NCBI GenBank assembly: GCA_963968885.1
Contig: CAXAGT010000002.1
Coordinates: 843 to 64,842, forward strand
Origin: an uncultured Candidatus Poseidoniales archaeon
Lineage (GTDB): Archaea; Thermoplasmatota; Poseidoniia; Poseidoniales; Poseidoniaceae
DNA: 64,000 bases
Reading direction: 5' to 3'
Both the position numbers and the translations under genes were made by a program. Below the pieces are notes generated by a model, which was not told the DNA's origin, did no database searches, and saw only the letters and a program-made list of their open reading frames with translations. Positions 45,889 through 55,740 of the stretch are shown in pieces; position 1 is the first letter of the stretch, and the number at the start of each line of letters is the position of its first letter.

Positions 45889-48203
45889 TTCTGCAGCATT
45901 GAATGTAGTTGTTTGCCAAGTTTATTTGACGCATTTATGCATCCTCCCTTTCTATAAAGAGAAATTGCTTCCCTTATTGCTAATCCAGGGCTATCACTGA
46001 ACTTTGACTTCAAGACCCACCATCTTGCTTTTAATCGTTGAGCAGAACTACTGGTAAGCAATTGGAGTTTCTTGAAATCTATCTTATCGAAGTATGTCTC
46101 TATGTTATCATCTTCAAGATTGTATAATTTCTCTGCAAGAGATAATTCCAAAGAAATAGTGTGGAGGGTTGATTGATCTAGGCTGGCATAGTTGTAAACT
46201 TCCGAGATTATTGCTTCTCTTTGGCCAAGGTCCATTTGTGCAATTGATGACCTCAGTGATAATCTTCTGATGATTATATCGTTCTCATTAGTTACCATTT
46301 TCAGAGATTTCCTGTACTCCTCTGCTTTAACGAAATCATTTGCTAGCAATGCAGCGGTGTGCTTTATCAAATTCACTGAAAGAAGGCAGGATTGTCGAAC
46401 ATCGGGTTCTAATTTATCATATTCAATATTTTCAATGTAGTTTGAAACCTTGGTTGAAATTATCGAACTTGATTCCAGACTTAGTCTATCATCCAGGATA
46501 TTCGATGCAGCAGATATGCACAGTTGCGCTTTCCTCTTTGGAGAAGAATTTGAGATTTGTTCAAGCAGAGATTTTTCAGATTCAAGTTTATCTCCTTTCA
46601 ATACAGAAAGGCGGTGTCTCAAATCAGATGCTTCCATTTCTCCGAGTTTATCGATGTGCTCAGAGGCGCGAATTAGTTCACCACGTTCCAATGAAACAGT
46701 AGCGGCTAATCGATTAAGTGTTGAATTAAATTCATCTAATTTCAAGGCATTATCCACCACAACGCTTAGACCAGCATTTTGGTCAATAACTAATTCAGTA
46801 ACCTGATCTTGAATAAATTCTAATCGATTTATCTCACCCAATTCCACAGAAAAATGTAGGCTCAATAAAGTCCCTTCTGAAGTATTCTTTGACGACCACC
46901 AATCTGCTGATTCAAGTAGAATCTTTTCTAATCTTTCATCACTCAACATTTCTCGCCTTGTGTTTCTTATCAAATGGTGAAGTTCACACCTCTCTGAATT
47001 TTCATCCCACCTAAGCAATCCATACTCATCTAATTCACCTATTTGGTCAACGTTGATTAATTCGCTAGCGGATATCTTTGTTGGCATGATAGTTAATTCA
47101 TCAAGACAATCGAATGATTCCTGAGATAATCCGGACAATAATACCTCTTGTACAAACTCATGAATTGTCAGATTTGATTCCTGAACATCAGCATCCTCGA
47201 TGTATAATTTCAAAGCTAGTGGATGCCCTCCAAGCATTTGAATTACTGAATTTAGGTTGCCCCCAGCATCGTGTTCACCTAGCATTTTAGCACTGGATGT
47301 TTCATCCAGAGTGTCTACATTCAGAATCTCAAAACCATCTTCAAAAGGTAAAGGAACCCTTCCACAAATTAGCACTTTTTGCCCAAAAGAAGTGATCTGC
47401 TCACAAAATTTCTTTATCTCAGACAGATGCCTAGAATGAATTTGTTCTACATCATCAAGAACCAATAACATTTTTTTCATTGGTTTAATTGACTCTAATA
47501 TATTATCAACTTGTTTTGGAATTATTGTGTTTTCGAATAAATTCCATGATTTAACCATGCTGTGAATATCTGTAAACATTGTAGCACTTGCCCAATGTAC
47601 TGAATGATTATTTTCGACATAATGATTTGAAATATGCCGAGAAAGTGCTGTTTTCCCGATTCCAGCAATCCCTCTGAGAATCAGATTAGATTTCTCGTCT
47701 AACGTTTGAATAGAATTTTCAAGGTCTTTTTGTCTACCATGAATCAACGTTAATTTCGGTGCATCTCCATGCAATACACCAGTCTTCTTTTTTGACTTCT
47801 TTTTCTCTACACTTCCAAAATCATGCCCAAAACTAGAGACAAGTTCTCGTCCTGCTTCTGTAATGTGATGGACATTCCTTCTCCTAGAACCTGTACCGAT
47901 TACATGTGCCATTCTAACCAATATATAGCCATCCGATTGAAGGTTATTTATCGGTGGATTCAAAGCACTGCGGACTAGACCTAATTTCTCTGCAATACCT
48001 GGGAGTGAAAGATCTCTCGGAACATCCCAGGCTTTTTCCAAGGATACTGGAAATTCAGCAAGAAGCCGCAGGATTCTGGCTTGGGCTTCAGTAACCATCC
48101 AAATCCACTCATTCCTATGTACAAAGCAATTTCTTTTTAATCCATACACGAAATTGCTCAAGCAAATGTTAGCAATAATCTTGGAAGATATTTTGAGAGA
48201 CAA
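45885..48203 (-). CDS. STAND NTPase: N-terminal winged-helix DNA-binding domain, NB-ARC-like ATPase, C-terminal helical-repeat region (likely start ATG at 48098)
   Basis: wHTH-like EAQARILRLLAE...LPGIAEKLGLVRSALNPPINNLQSDGYILV. Walker A GIAGIGKT (47649..47672). Walker B LLVLDD (47451..47468). KVLICGR. GGHPLAL (47211..47231) resembles the NB-ARC GxPLAL motif. About 430 aa of helical sequence follow. Confidence 0.8.
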   Translation of the reverse strand: MSLKISSKIIANICLSNFVYGLKRNCFVHRNEWIWMVTEAQARILRLLAEFPVSLEKAWDVPRDLSLPGIAEKLGLVRSALNPPINNLQSDGYILVRMAHVIGTGSRRRNVHHITEAGRELVSSFGHDFGSVEKKKSKKKTGVLHGDAPKLTLIHGRQKDLENSIQTLDEKSNLILRGIAGIGKTALSRHISNHYVENNHSVHWASATMFTDIHSMVKSWNLFENTIIPKQVDNILESIKPMKKMLLVLDDVEQIHSRHLSEIKKFCEQITSFGQKVLICGRVPLPFEDGFEILNVDTLDETSSAKMLGEHDAGGNLNSVIQMLGGHPLALKLYIEDADVQESNLTIHEFVQEVLLSGLSQESFDCLDELTIMPTKISASELINVDQIGELDEYGLLRWDENSERCELHHLIRNTRREMLSDERLEKILLESADWWSSKNTSEGTLLSLHFSVELGEINRLEFIQDQVTELVIDQNAGLSVVVDNALKLDEFNSTLNRLAATVSLERGELIRASEHIDKLGEMEASDLRHRLSVLKGDKLESEKSLLEQISNSSPKRKAQLCISAASNILDDRLSLESSSIISTKVSNYIENIEYDKLEPDVRQSCLLSVNLIKHTAALLANDFVKAEEYRKSLKMVTNENDIIIRRLSLRSSIAQMDLGQREAIISEVYNYASLDQSTLHTISLELSLAEKLYNLEDDNIETYFDKIDFKKLQLLTSSSAQRLKARWWVLKSKFSDSPGLAIREAISLYRKGGCINASNKLGKQLHSMLQN

Positions 48204-48218
48204 GGAAGTGGTGAATTC

Positions 48219-49958
48219 ATGCCGATTGACGTCGATTCGTTGGACCTGCCAGCGAAAGCCGGCGTTTATCTGTTCAAAGACCCAAAAGGTAGGGTGTTAT
48301 ATGTTGGCAAAGCGACTAAGTTAAGTCAACGTATTAAGTCATATTTTGCTAAAAATCCTGACCGGGCAATGATACCAGAACTTGTTGCAAAATCTTCTGA
48401 AGTAGATTTTATCATTACCCCAAATCCTACGCAAGCATTGATACTTGAGCGACAATTAATCAGGCAACATAAGCCTAGGTACAACTCTTTGCTCAAAGAT
48501 GACAAATCCTTTCCTTTCATTGCACTATCGAAACATGAATATCCAAGAATAATGTACACCCGCCATCCTCCAAAAGGTTCTGATGTTTGGGGACCGTTTG
48601 CTAATGCAGGTGCAGCAAAGCAAGTCATCCAATTGATAAGAAAGAATTTCGGAATTAGAGACTGCAAGGAACTCCTCCCTCAAGGCTGCCTTTCAATGCA
48701 CATTGGATTGTGCAGTGGTCCCTGTATTGATGGCACAGGTTACAAGGAAAGCGTCAATGCGGTCAAAAATATACTGAACGGAGATGCTGAGGTACTTATC
48801 TCAGAGTTAGCAGAGAAAATGGATGACTTTAGTCAATCGATGCACTTCGAAGCTGCTGCTAGACAAAGAGATTTAATCAAATCAGTAAGATCTACAATAA
48901 GCCAGAATGTGATTTCTTCTAAACTATACCGAGAATGTGACGCGATAGGTTTCGATAGTAGAGGTGAAGTTGCCGCTATTGCAGTCATACATGCCGATGA
49001 TGGAATCGTAAAAGGACAGGAAGTTTGGCAGATGGTGCACAAGCAGGACACTTTCGAGACAATCGCAGCTTTCATTTCAGATTATTACACAAGTAACAAA
49101 CCTCCAAAACTCATACTATCACCCACTAATATCTCAGATGAAATCCAAGAATGGTTGAATGAAAGAAGAGGAAGCGCTGTTGAAGTTAGAATTCCTCAGC
49201 GTGGAGATTTGGTCAAATTACGAAAACTAGCAGACCAAAATGCAACTGTCAAAGTTGCTAGATTTGTTCTGAAGTCAACTGGCTCTATAGAGCAAAAGGC
49301 TGCAGATGAGGCTGCAGCGGTTTTAGGACTGGAATCTCTTGATAATTTAGTTTGTATGGACATGGCTCAATTCTTGGGTCAAGAAAGGGTTGGTGCGAGT
49401 GTATTGTTCAGGAACGGAAGACCAGACAAGAAGGGATATCGCACCTATACCATCAAGGGTAAGGCAATGGATGATTTGAGAATGATGGCAGAAATTGTCG
49501 AACGTTGGGCTAAGAAGCAAGAGGAATGGCCTGATTTATTGCTTCTTGATGGTGGTCAAACTCACCTTGACATGATAAAACTCAAGCTAAAGGAACTAGG
49601 CTTGTGGAAAAGGTTCCCAGTTGCTGCAATAGCAAAACAAGAAGAAACGCTATTCAGGGATGATCTCGAACCTTTTGTAATGGATAAAAGATGCAGAGTT
49701 CTAATCCACTCCCGAGACGAAGCTCATCGATTTGTCAACACTTTCCACAGGAAACGCAGAGCAAAATCTACACTCAAAGATCCATTGGATTCAGTTCCAG
49801 GGCTAGGTGCTAAAAAAATGCAGGCATTAATCAGATATTTCGGTGGCAGAAAGGGGATTGAAGCAGCCAGCCTGCATGACCTACAAACCATAGATGGAGT
49901 AGGACCTGCATTAGCGACAAGAATTCATGAAGCGTTGCATGGAGTAACAGACGAATAA
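48219..49958 (+). CDS. uvrC: Excinuclease ABC subunit C
   Basis: GIY-YIG motif (GVYLFKDPKGRVLYVGKATKLSQRIKSYF), a central UvrC domain and a C-terminal HhH (VPGLGAKKMQALIRYFG). GGTGA lies 5 nt before the ATG. Confidence 0.95.
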   Translation: MPIDVDSLDLPAKAGVYLFKDPKGRVLYVGKATKLSQRIKSYFAKNPDRAMIPELVAKSSEVDFIITPNPTQALILERQLIRQHKPRYNSLLKDDKSFPFIALSKHEYPRIMYTRHPPKGSDVWGPFANAGAAKQVIQLIRKNFGIRDCKELLPQGCLSMHIGLCSGPCIDGTGYKESVNAVKNILNGDAEVLISELAEKMDDFSQSMHFEAAARQRDLIKSVRSTISQNVISSKLYRECDAIGFDSRGEVAAIAVIHADDGIVKGQEVWQMVHKQDTFETIAAFISDYYTSNKPPKLILSPTNISDEIQEWLNERRGSAVEVRIPQRGDLVKLRKLADQNATVKVARFVLKSTGSIEQKAADEAAAVLGLESLDNLVCMDMAQFLGQERVGASVLFRNGRPDKKGYRTYTIKGKAMDDLRMMAEIVERWAKKQEEWPDLLLLDGGQTHLDMIKLKLKELGLWKRFPVAAIAKQEETLFRDDLEPFVMDKRCRVLIHSRDEAHRFVNTFHRKRRAKSTLKDPLDSVPGLGAKKMQALIRYFGGRKGIEAASLHDLQTIDGVGPALATRIHEALHGVTDE

Positions 49959-52900
49959 TCAGTTGAATTTATTTTCTTCATCCATGTAGTCTGGCAACAA
50001 ACCATCTTCATACAGTCCAACTCCCATGTTAGGAGAGTTCACTCCAATTAGACTATCGAATTGTGAATCAGACATTAGTTTTGAGTTGTCAACCGAACCT
50101 CTTCTTTCTGCTTTTCTTGCCCTTCTAGCATTTCTTCGCTCCCTTCTTCTCTTTCTTCTTATCCTCCAACGAATAACCAACAGAGAGAGTACAATCGCTG
50201 GAATCGTAGGATAATACCAGAATTGCGACCAGAGATAATCGTAACCAATATTAAGCCTATATGAAATCACATCATCGAAATTACCTGGTGGAACTAGGTA
50301 GGTAATTTTCTGTCTTCCATCTTCTGTTTCTGATGTGATTCTTCCTTCTTCTGAGGTAATGCCTTCCATCTCGATTCCCTTAGGCAAAATTATTGTTATT
50401 GGACCTGATATAGATAGATCAATGTCATCTTGAACCGTTGTATCAACTTCTTGCAAGTCGGCTGCAATTGCCTCTTCTTCAGTCGGTGGATAGACTAGAC
50501 CACCGTTGCTTGAGTATCCCGCCGTCACAGATTTTGTTATCAAGGAAGTATAAACAGACATTGCTTGGGCTATTGGAGCGGTCATTGCATCGGTTAAAAT
50601 GTACAATTGAGGATCTAGAGTAACATCATCTGGATTAGAATTTACATCTGAAATTGCTTGGTTAATATCTCCCAGCCCCAAACTCGAACCAAATGTAAAT
50701 TTGACCTTAGGGATTGAAACTCTCATTGTCAACGCTTCTTCATCGCCGATGTTTTGGTCTGGAGCTTCAAAACCATCTAGGGAGAATTCAATTGAGAATG
50801 CAGACATGTCAATTTCGCTGAAGATGGTTATTGTGTCGCCTTCAGGTAACTCGATTTCACCTTCGAGGCTTTCCATCCCTTCTTGTATTATTGAAGTGAT
50901 TATTCCCGATGAATCTTCTGCAAATTGATTCAAGCCATCTAGAGAGAGCTCAAAGGAAATTGTTTCATCACAGATCGGTAGTCCGGTATCTGTAGAATCA
51001 AAACCGGCACAAACTGGCTCGTTTTCAAGTAGCATCAATGGTGGATCCATTCTTGAAGGTAAATCCATTGCTAGCCTAAGTAAATCCGAGGGTATTACAG
51101 GCATCGAAACGTTTCCTGGTCCAAAGTCTAATTCTCCTCCTTCGGGAACCATGATTCTGTGAATACTTAGTTCAGCGTCAAGAGCAAATTCAATTTGCAT
51201 CTCTTTTCGCCACTCTCTGATATTGTATTGTGTAACATCAAGTAAAAGATTTGTAGAAACACATGTTTGTTGCGTATTCAAACAGATAGGATTTCCGTCT
51301 TCGTCATTTATTTGGTGCCTCCAGTCGAACGGAGTTTCTCCTTGAAGACCAACAGCGCTGGGCTCATCACTAGTTATGTCAATCGTGATTGTTCTGTCCC
51401 CATCCGTACTTCTAACCCAATCAGGCAACGTGATAGTAACTCTCATCTCAGCATTTGGCAAACTAGCAGGAATAAAATCTGCAAGTGAGGATGTGTCTAA
51501 TTCTGCGTTTACCAAAAGACCTGAATCAAATATTTTACGTAGGTCATCATCTCTGATTTCTTCAAGGAAACTTTGTGCTGTTTCATTCTCAATTCGCGAT
51601 TCGATTAAATTTAACAAAGACAAATCGAATTCTTCACTCACTGCCCTTAGATAAACTGGATTTTCATATCCCATCGCTGCTTCACCTTCAACACAAAAAT
51701 GTAGATCTTGCCCTGGAGGTGCAGTTTCAATACATCCTTGGCTGTGGGTGAATAATAGTCCACCTGCTGGTCCATCTATCCCGGTTAAGATGGAATCATC
51801 AACCCAAGACAGAGGAGACATTCCAATTGAACCAATTTCATCAATACTATCTGTTACAGAATTTACAATATCTGATATCGGGAATTGGTCTGTGATTAGA
51901 GACAGGTTGGCTATACCTCCTTCATTTGCCAGACGAACTCCATCGGCTGTAACAAACGGGAAGGTAGCCATATCATTGAATTGGACAAATGAGACGCCCC
52001 AAGACTCTAAAGTCGAAGTTTCGAGATAATGTAAGCCAGCAACAATTTCTAGGGTGGTTCTTTCTTCATCTGTCATGTCTAAGTTAAGGTCTATGAAAAT
52101 TGATGTTTGGTCCTCAGGAATTGTTACAGTATTAGTGGTTGATGTGTTCAAATGCCCAATTGTCAAAGAGGCCGTAGCGGTGATATCATCCTCACCATCA
52201 AAGGCATCGAGATTATCCAATGTCCATTCTCCCCCGAAATGAGATACTTCATCTGTCATTGCAACTCTGGTCCCGTTATCATCAACTTGCTTTACATCTG
52301 CAAAGTTAGGTGGCTCGATTTGGAAAGTTGATATATGACCTGCTTGTGAAAATACCTGAAAGTTCGTGGTAATATCTGCTCCCATCACTAAAAGACCCTG
52401 ATATGTTCTCTCTAAATCCATACTGGGATTTCCTTGCAGATTGAAAGTAGAAATATCTAGTTCTACTGTTGCTGTTGTACTAAAGCAAATTGGCGGTTCG
52501 AAGGCATTGTTTATTGAGGCACCTTCATCTTCAGCATCTAAATCAGGATTTTGTGTACATGCAGTTGTTTGTCCTGCTTGGATAACCTGTGCCGCATATT
52601 CTGTCTCCAAGCTAGAGACGGAACCAAATCCTTGGGTCAACAGATCTTGAACTGTCGAGTTAACCTCGCTCATCAATTTCTCTCCGATTGTTGGAGTTCC
52701 CGGTCCGGCAATTGTCTCATCTATGTAATTCCTAAGCATATCAGCAGGAATGCCATCTTGCTCGTCAAGCCCATCAGATGTTAGTAGTGCATTTGTTACA
52801 GAATCATCTAAACCAACAGACGAGCGATTAAACTCCCTAAGTGCCCAGGACAATTCAAGATTAATCGTATTTGTATCTACCATTTTGAATGAATATTGAC

Positions 52901-53111
52901 CTTCTACCCAATCTTGGTTGTTTGGAGTCATATCGTGAGTGTCAGAATAAGTATCACAAATACCGCTACCACAAGAATTCATCCCGGTTGCTGCTGCAAA
53001 TGGCATCATAAGGGGCAACAACATGAAAGCAATAGCAACTAGCACAAAAGATGAATCTAGAAACTTGTCAATACGAGCGCTCATGGTTTGCTGGTAAACA
53101 GGGACATTCAT
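49959..53111 (-). CDS. Large acidic single-pass surface protein with no recognisable domains (signal anchor, ~950-aa ectodomain, TM, Arg-rich cytoplasmic tail)
   Basis: N-terminal FVLVAIAFMLLPLMMPFAAATG. C-terminal YYPTIPAIVLSLLVIRW followed by RIRRKRRRERRNARRARKAERR. The ectodomain is rich in D/E/T/S. Confidence 0.7.
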   Translation of the reverse strand: MNVPVYQQTMSARIDKFLDSSFVLVAIAFMLLPLMMPFAAATGMNSCGSGICDTYSDTHDMTPNNQDWVEGQYSFKMVDTNTINLELSWALREFNRSSVGLDDSVTNALLTSDGLDEQDGIPADMLRNYIDETIAGPGTPTIGEKLMSEVNSTVQDLLTQGFGSVSSLETEYAAQVIQAGQTTACTQNPDLDAEDEGASINNAFEPPICFSTTATVELDISTFNLQGNPSMDLERTYQGLLVMGADITTNFQVFSQAGHISTFQIEPPNFADVKQVDDNGTRVAMTDEVSHFGGEWTLDNLDAFDGEDDITATASLTIGHLNTSTTNTVTIPEDQTSIFIDLNLDMTDEERTTLEIVAGLHYLETSTLESWGVSFVQFNDMATFPFVTADGVRLANEGGIANLSLITDQFPISDIVNSVTDSIDEIGSIGMSPLSWVDDSILTGIDGPAGGLLFTHSQGCIETAPPGQDLHFCVEGEAAMGYENPVYLRAVSEEFDLSLLNLIESRIENETAQSFLEEIRDDDLRKIFDSGLLVNAELDTSSLADFIPASLPNAEMRVTITLPDWVRSTDGDRTITIDITSDEPSAVGLQGETPFDWRHQINDEDGNPICLNTQQTCVSTNLLLDVTQYNIREWRKEMQIEFALDAELSIHRIMVPEGGELDFGPGNVSMPVIPSDLLRLAMDLPSRMDPPLMLLENEPVCAGFDSTDTGLPICDETISFELSLDGLNQFAEDSSGIITSIIQEGMESLEGEIELPEGDTITIFSEIDMSAFSIEFSLDGFEAPDQNIGDEEALTMRVSIPKVKFTFGSSLGLGDINQAISDVNSNPDDVTLDPQLYILTDAMTAPIAQAMSVYTSLITKSVTAGYSSNGGLVYPPTEEEAIAADLQEVDTTVQDDIDLSISGPITIILPKGIEMEGITSEEGRITSETEDGRQKITYLVPPGNFDDVISYRLNIGYDYLWSQFWYYPTIPAIVLSLLVIRWRIRRKRRRERRNARRARKAERRGSVDNSKLMSDSQFDSLIGVNSPNMGVGLYEDGLLPDYMDEENKFN

Positions 53112-54272
53112 GAGGGTTACTATTGTGGGAGAGCCATGAATCGGCGAAAAATTCCTGCTGGTTCAGCCCTTGGTGTTAAGTCAAGAAAAGAGTACTCAGA
53201 ACTGGTAAGAAATGTTCTCAGCGAATCTAAAATTCTCGATATAAGAAAAAAACCGTTGGTCTCAGATACAGAGATATCCTGGCCAACATTATCCAATTCA
53301 ACAGATGAAATTAATGCGGTTTTATCCGATGCAGATTATGATTTCACTGTAGAGAAAGAGGATTATTTTCTAGCTCCACCACCTATCGATCCACATACAA
53401 AGTTAGGCCAAGCGATAGAAAATTGGTTCAATCGAAACTCGATTGATGAATTTAGTATCAAAAATAATATTCCCATAAAATGGGAAAATTTGGGAGATAT
53501 CGCTTTGTTGGCTAGTGACTCTTTTGAGACTGGTTTTGCTAAGCAAGTCAAGGATGGCTCTCTATGGGATGATATTTCACATGCTTTGAATGTGAAATCA
53601 ATTGGACTCCAACAACCTGTTGCAAATGACAAAGTCCGATCCTCACAGGCAATTCTGCTGAACACAGACAATGGTTGGACAAAATTCCTAGACAACGGAG
53701 TAATTTTCACTTTAGATGTTACAAAGGTGATGTTCTCTAGTGGTAACATCACTGAGAGGCACCGCATTTCAAGAATCAACATGAAAGATGAAATCATAGT
53801 TGATTGTTATGCTGGAATAGGATACTATTGCCTACATGCAATAGTGAATTCTGGTGCTAAGCATGTTCACGCTTGTGAAATGAATCCAAATAGCATTCAG
53901 GCGTTAGAGAAGGCATTGAAGTTGAATCAAATCGAAGAAAACTTGACAATTTATCCGGGAGATAATCAAGAAACTTTACCGAAATTAGAATATCTTGCTG
54001 ATCGGGTTTTCCTTGGCTTGCTGCCTAGCAGTGAATCAGTATGGGAAGCTGCGGTAAAGTGCCTAAAGCAAACTGGAGGAGTTCTTCATATCCACATGAA
54101 CGTAGAAGAAGAAAAAATTCCAAATTGGCAAAAACTAACCATTGAAGAAATTGATAAACTTGCTAAGGCAAATGGGCGTGCATTGTCTGTGGTTTCGTCT
54201 CACCTAGAGAAGGTAAAGTGGTTTGCTCCAAGGGTAAGACATGTGGTTCTAGACCTAGAATTAAGACCTTAG
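53088..54272 (+). CDS. tRNA methyltransferase of the Trm5/Taw2 (Met-10+) family (start probably ATG at 53136)
   Basis: SAM-binding IVDCYAGIGYYCLHAI, ACEMNPNS and a C-terminal Met-10+-like core. The first 16 codons overlap the divergent gene. Confidence 0.8.
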   Translation: MLVNRDIHEGYYCGRAMNRRKIPAGSALGVKSRKEYSELVRNVLSESKILDIRKKPLVSDTEISWPTLSNSTDEINAVLSDADYDFTVEKEDYFLAPPPIDPHTKLGQAIENWFNRNSIDEFSIKNNIPIKWENLGDIALLASDSFETGFAKQVKDGSLWDDISHALNVKSIGLQQPVANDKVRSSQAILLNTDNGWTKFLDNGVIFTLDVTKVMFSSGNITERHRISRINMKDEIIVDCYAGIGYYCLHAIVNSGAKHVHACEMNPNSIQALEKALKLNQIEENLTIYPGDNQETLPKLEYLADRVFLGLLPSSESVWEAAVKCLKQTGGVLHIHMNVEEEKIPNWQKLTIEEIDKLAKANGRALSVVSSHLEKVKWFAPRVRHVVLDLELRP

Positions 54273-55279
54273 TCAAGTAATTCGGCAACCAATATTTGGT
54301 CGCTAGATTGTTCATTTTTTCCTTCATCCAAACTAACTGGTAAATCTGTTTTCACCTGCTTTGATAGTACAAATGCAGCACCCAGGGCAATAGATACCAA
54401 CAACAAGAAGCCTCCCGACCTGGCAATGATTTGTCCCATCGTAAGAACATCGTCCTCTTCCTCAACCTCGTCAACTGGAGGAGCTGCAATTCCTATCATT
54501 TCAATACTGGAAATGTGAACCTCATAGATTGGTCTTCCAGCACTAGAGGCAGGATTCTGAATATCTGGATCTCCCGATGGATCGTCAGTAGTCGGTGTTT
54601 CCGCTATTGCCCTTACGTGAGTCATACCGTCCCTAACTACCCCAAATGTCGCATATCCTTCATCGTCTCTATTCTCTGGGTCTAATCCATGGGCTTCAGT
54701 TTCGGCAATGTACCATTGAGAATCTGCTGAATCTGGGTCTTGTGAACGAGCCATACCAATAGCGCCATCCACGTGGGATAGATTTTCGTTGTGTTCAAGA
54801 GGAATTGTTTCGCCAGTACCTCCAGAGCCACAAGAGGCAGTTGTTAGTGGATATGCTCCTTGAGTTGTGCACGTGGGGTCACCTGACTGAGTTACGAAAT
54901 CATCAATTACTCGGTGAAAGAAAATACCATCATAGATTCCTTCTTCAACATGCTCCACCATATTTTCAACTGTTATCGGAGCCCATTGTGGGAATAATTC
55001 AACGATTATCACACCTTCAGTTCTCGAGGAAAAATGTGCGGGAACATAATCTACTGTTATGGCAAAAACAGGGTCTCCGTAGTATGATTCGTCCATAGGA
55101 GAGCCCTCTTTTATCGGACCATCAGTCCATGTCTCGGGATCGATTTCTACACTCCGCCAATCATCAGAAGCAACCGCAGGTGATGGAAGGAAGGAGGTCA
55201 ACATAAACAGAGATACCAAACAAATAGCTTGTGTTATTCTGCCTCCCATGTGCTCCCGTAACAAGGGGTTACTCATCAA
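54269..55279 (-). CDS. Extracytoplasmic cyclophilin-type PPIase with N-terminal signal and C-terminal TM anchor
   Basis: IFFHRVIDDFVTQSGDP, GAIGMARSQDPDSADSQWYI and ATFGVV. N-terminal ICLVSLFMLTSFLPSPAVA and C-terminal GGFLLLVSIALGAAFVL. Confidence 0.88.
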   Translation of the reverse strand: MMSNPLLREHMGGRITQAICLVSLFMLTSFLPSPAVASDDWRSVEIDPETWTDGPIKEGSPMDESYYGDPVFAITVDYVPAHFSSRTEGVIIVELFPQWAPITVENMVEHVEEGIYDGIFFHRVIDDFVTQSGDPTCTTQGAYPLTTASCGSGGTGETIPLEHNENLSHVDGAIGMARSQDPDSADSQWYIAETEAHGLDPENRDDEGYATFGVVRDGMTHVRAIAETPTTDDPSGDPDIQNPASSAGRPIYEVHISSIEMIGIAAPPVDEVEEEDDVLTMGQIIARSGGFLLLVSIALGAAFVLSKQVKTDLPVSLDEGKNEQSSDQILVAELLD

Positions 55280-55335
55280 TAGTGCGATTATTTGAATTCC
55301 AGAACACAGATTCTAAGAATGGCATTATACTTGCA

Positions 55336-55740
55336 ATGAACATGAGCGAAGAGTTCAGAGTAGCAGGTCAATCAATACCAACGATAACAACATTTTATGG
55401 CGCATTTTTAGTGATTTGGGGAATTGCCGTTTCACTACTTTCGGAATCAAATTCTGTTACATCATACTTCCCATCAATCCTTGGTGCACCCTTACTAATC
55501 TCAGGTATTTTGGCTAATAAAATCCCAGAAAAGAGAAAATTATGGATGCATATTGCGGCTACTATTGGTTTGCTGTGCGCACTGGGTGGTACCCGATTTT
55601 TCATGGTCATGGGAGATGGTATCGATTATGCCTCAGGTTCCATGTTAATGCTCCTGTTAACAGGTTCAGGATTCACTTTCATTTGCGTAAAATCGTTTAT
55701 TCACGCTAGAAAGATGAGAGAATCAAGCCAAAATCTGTGA
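55336..55740 (+). CDS. Small 4-TM membrane protein (hypothetical)
   Basis: I chose the start at Met36 of the track ORF (MNMSEEF) because the upstream part overlaps the 54269..55279 gene. Four hydrophobic segments. The stop overlaps the next gene's GTG start (GTGA). Confidence 0.55.
   Translation: MNMSEEFRVAGQSIPTITTFYGAFLVIWGIAVSLLSESNSVTSYFPSILGAPLLISGILANKIPEKRKLWMHIAATIGLLCALGGTRFFMVMGDGIDYASGSMLMLLLTGSGFTFICVKSFIHARKMRESSQNL

Noticed and set aside
45885-48203. STAND gene as a horizontally acquired AT-rich island
   Set aside because: My spot counts on 60-nt samples (about 37-40 percent GC) were not clearly different from a sample of acnA (about 42 percent). There is no compositional case without a proper computation.
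53088-53135. Overlap of the divergent ORF starts 49959..53111 and 53088..54272
   Set aside because: Both track ORFs are probably over-extended. Internal starts (MSARIDKF at 53084 and MNRRKIPAG at 53136) remove the overlap. This is not evidence of overlapping genes.
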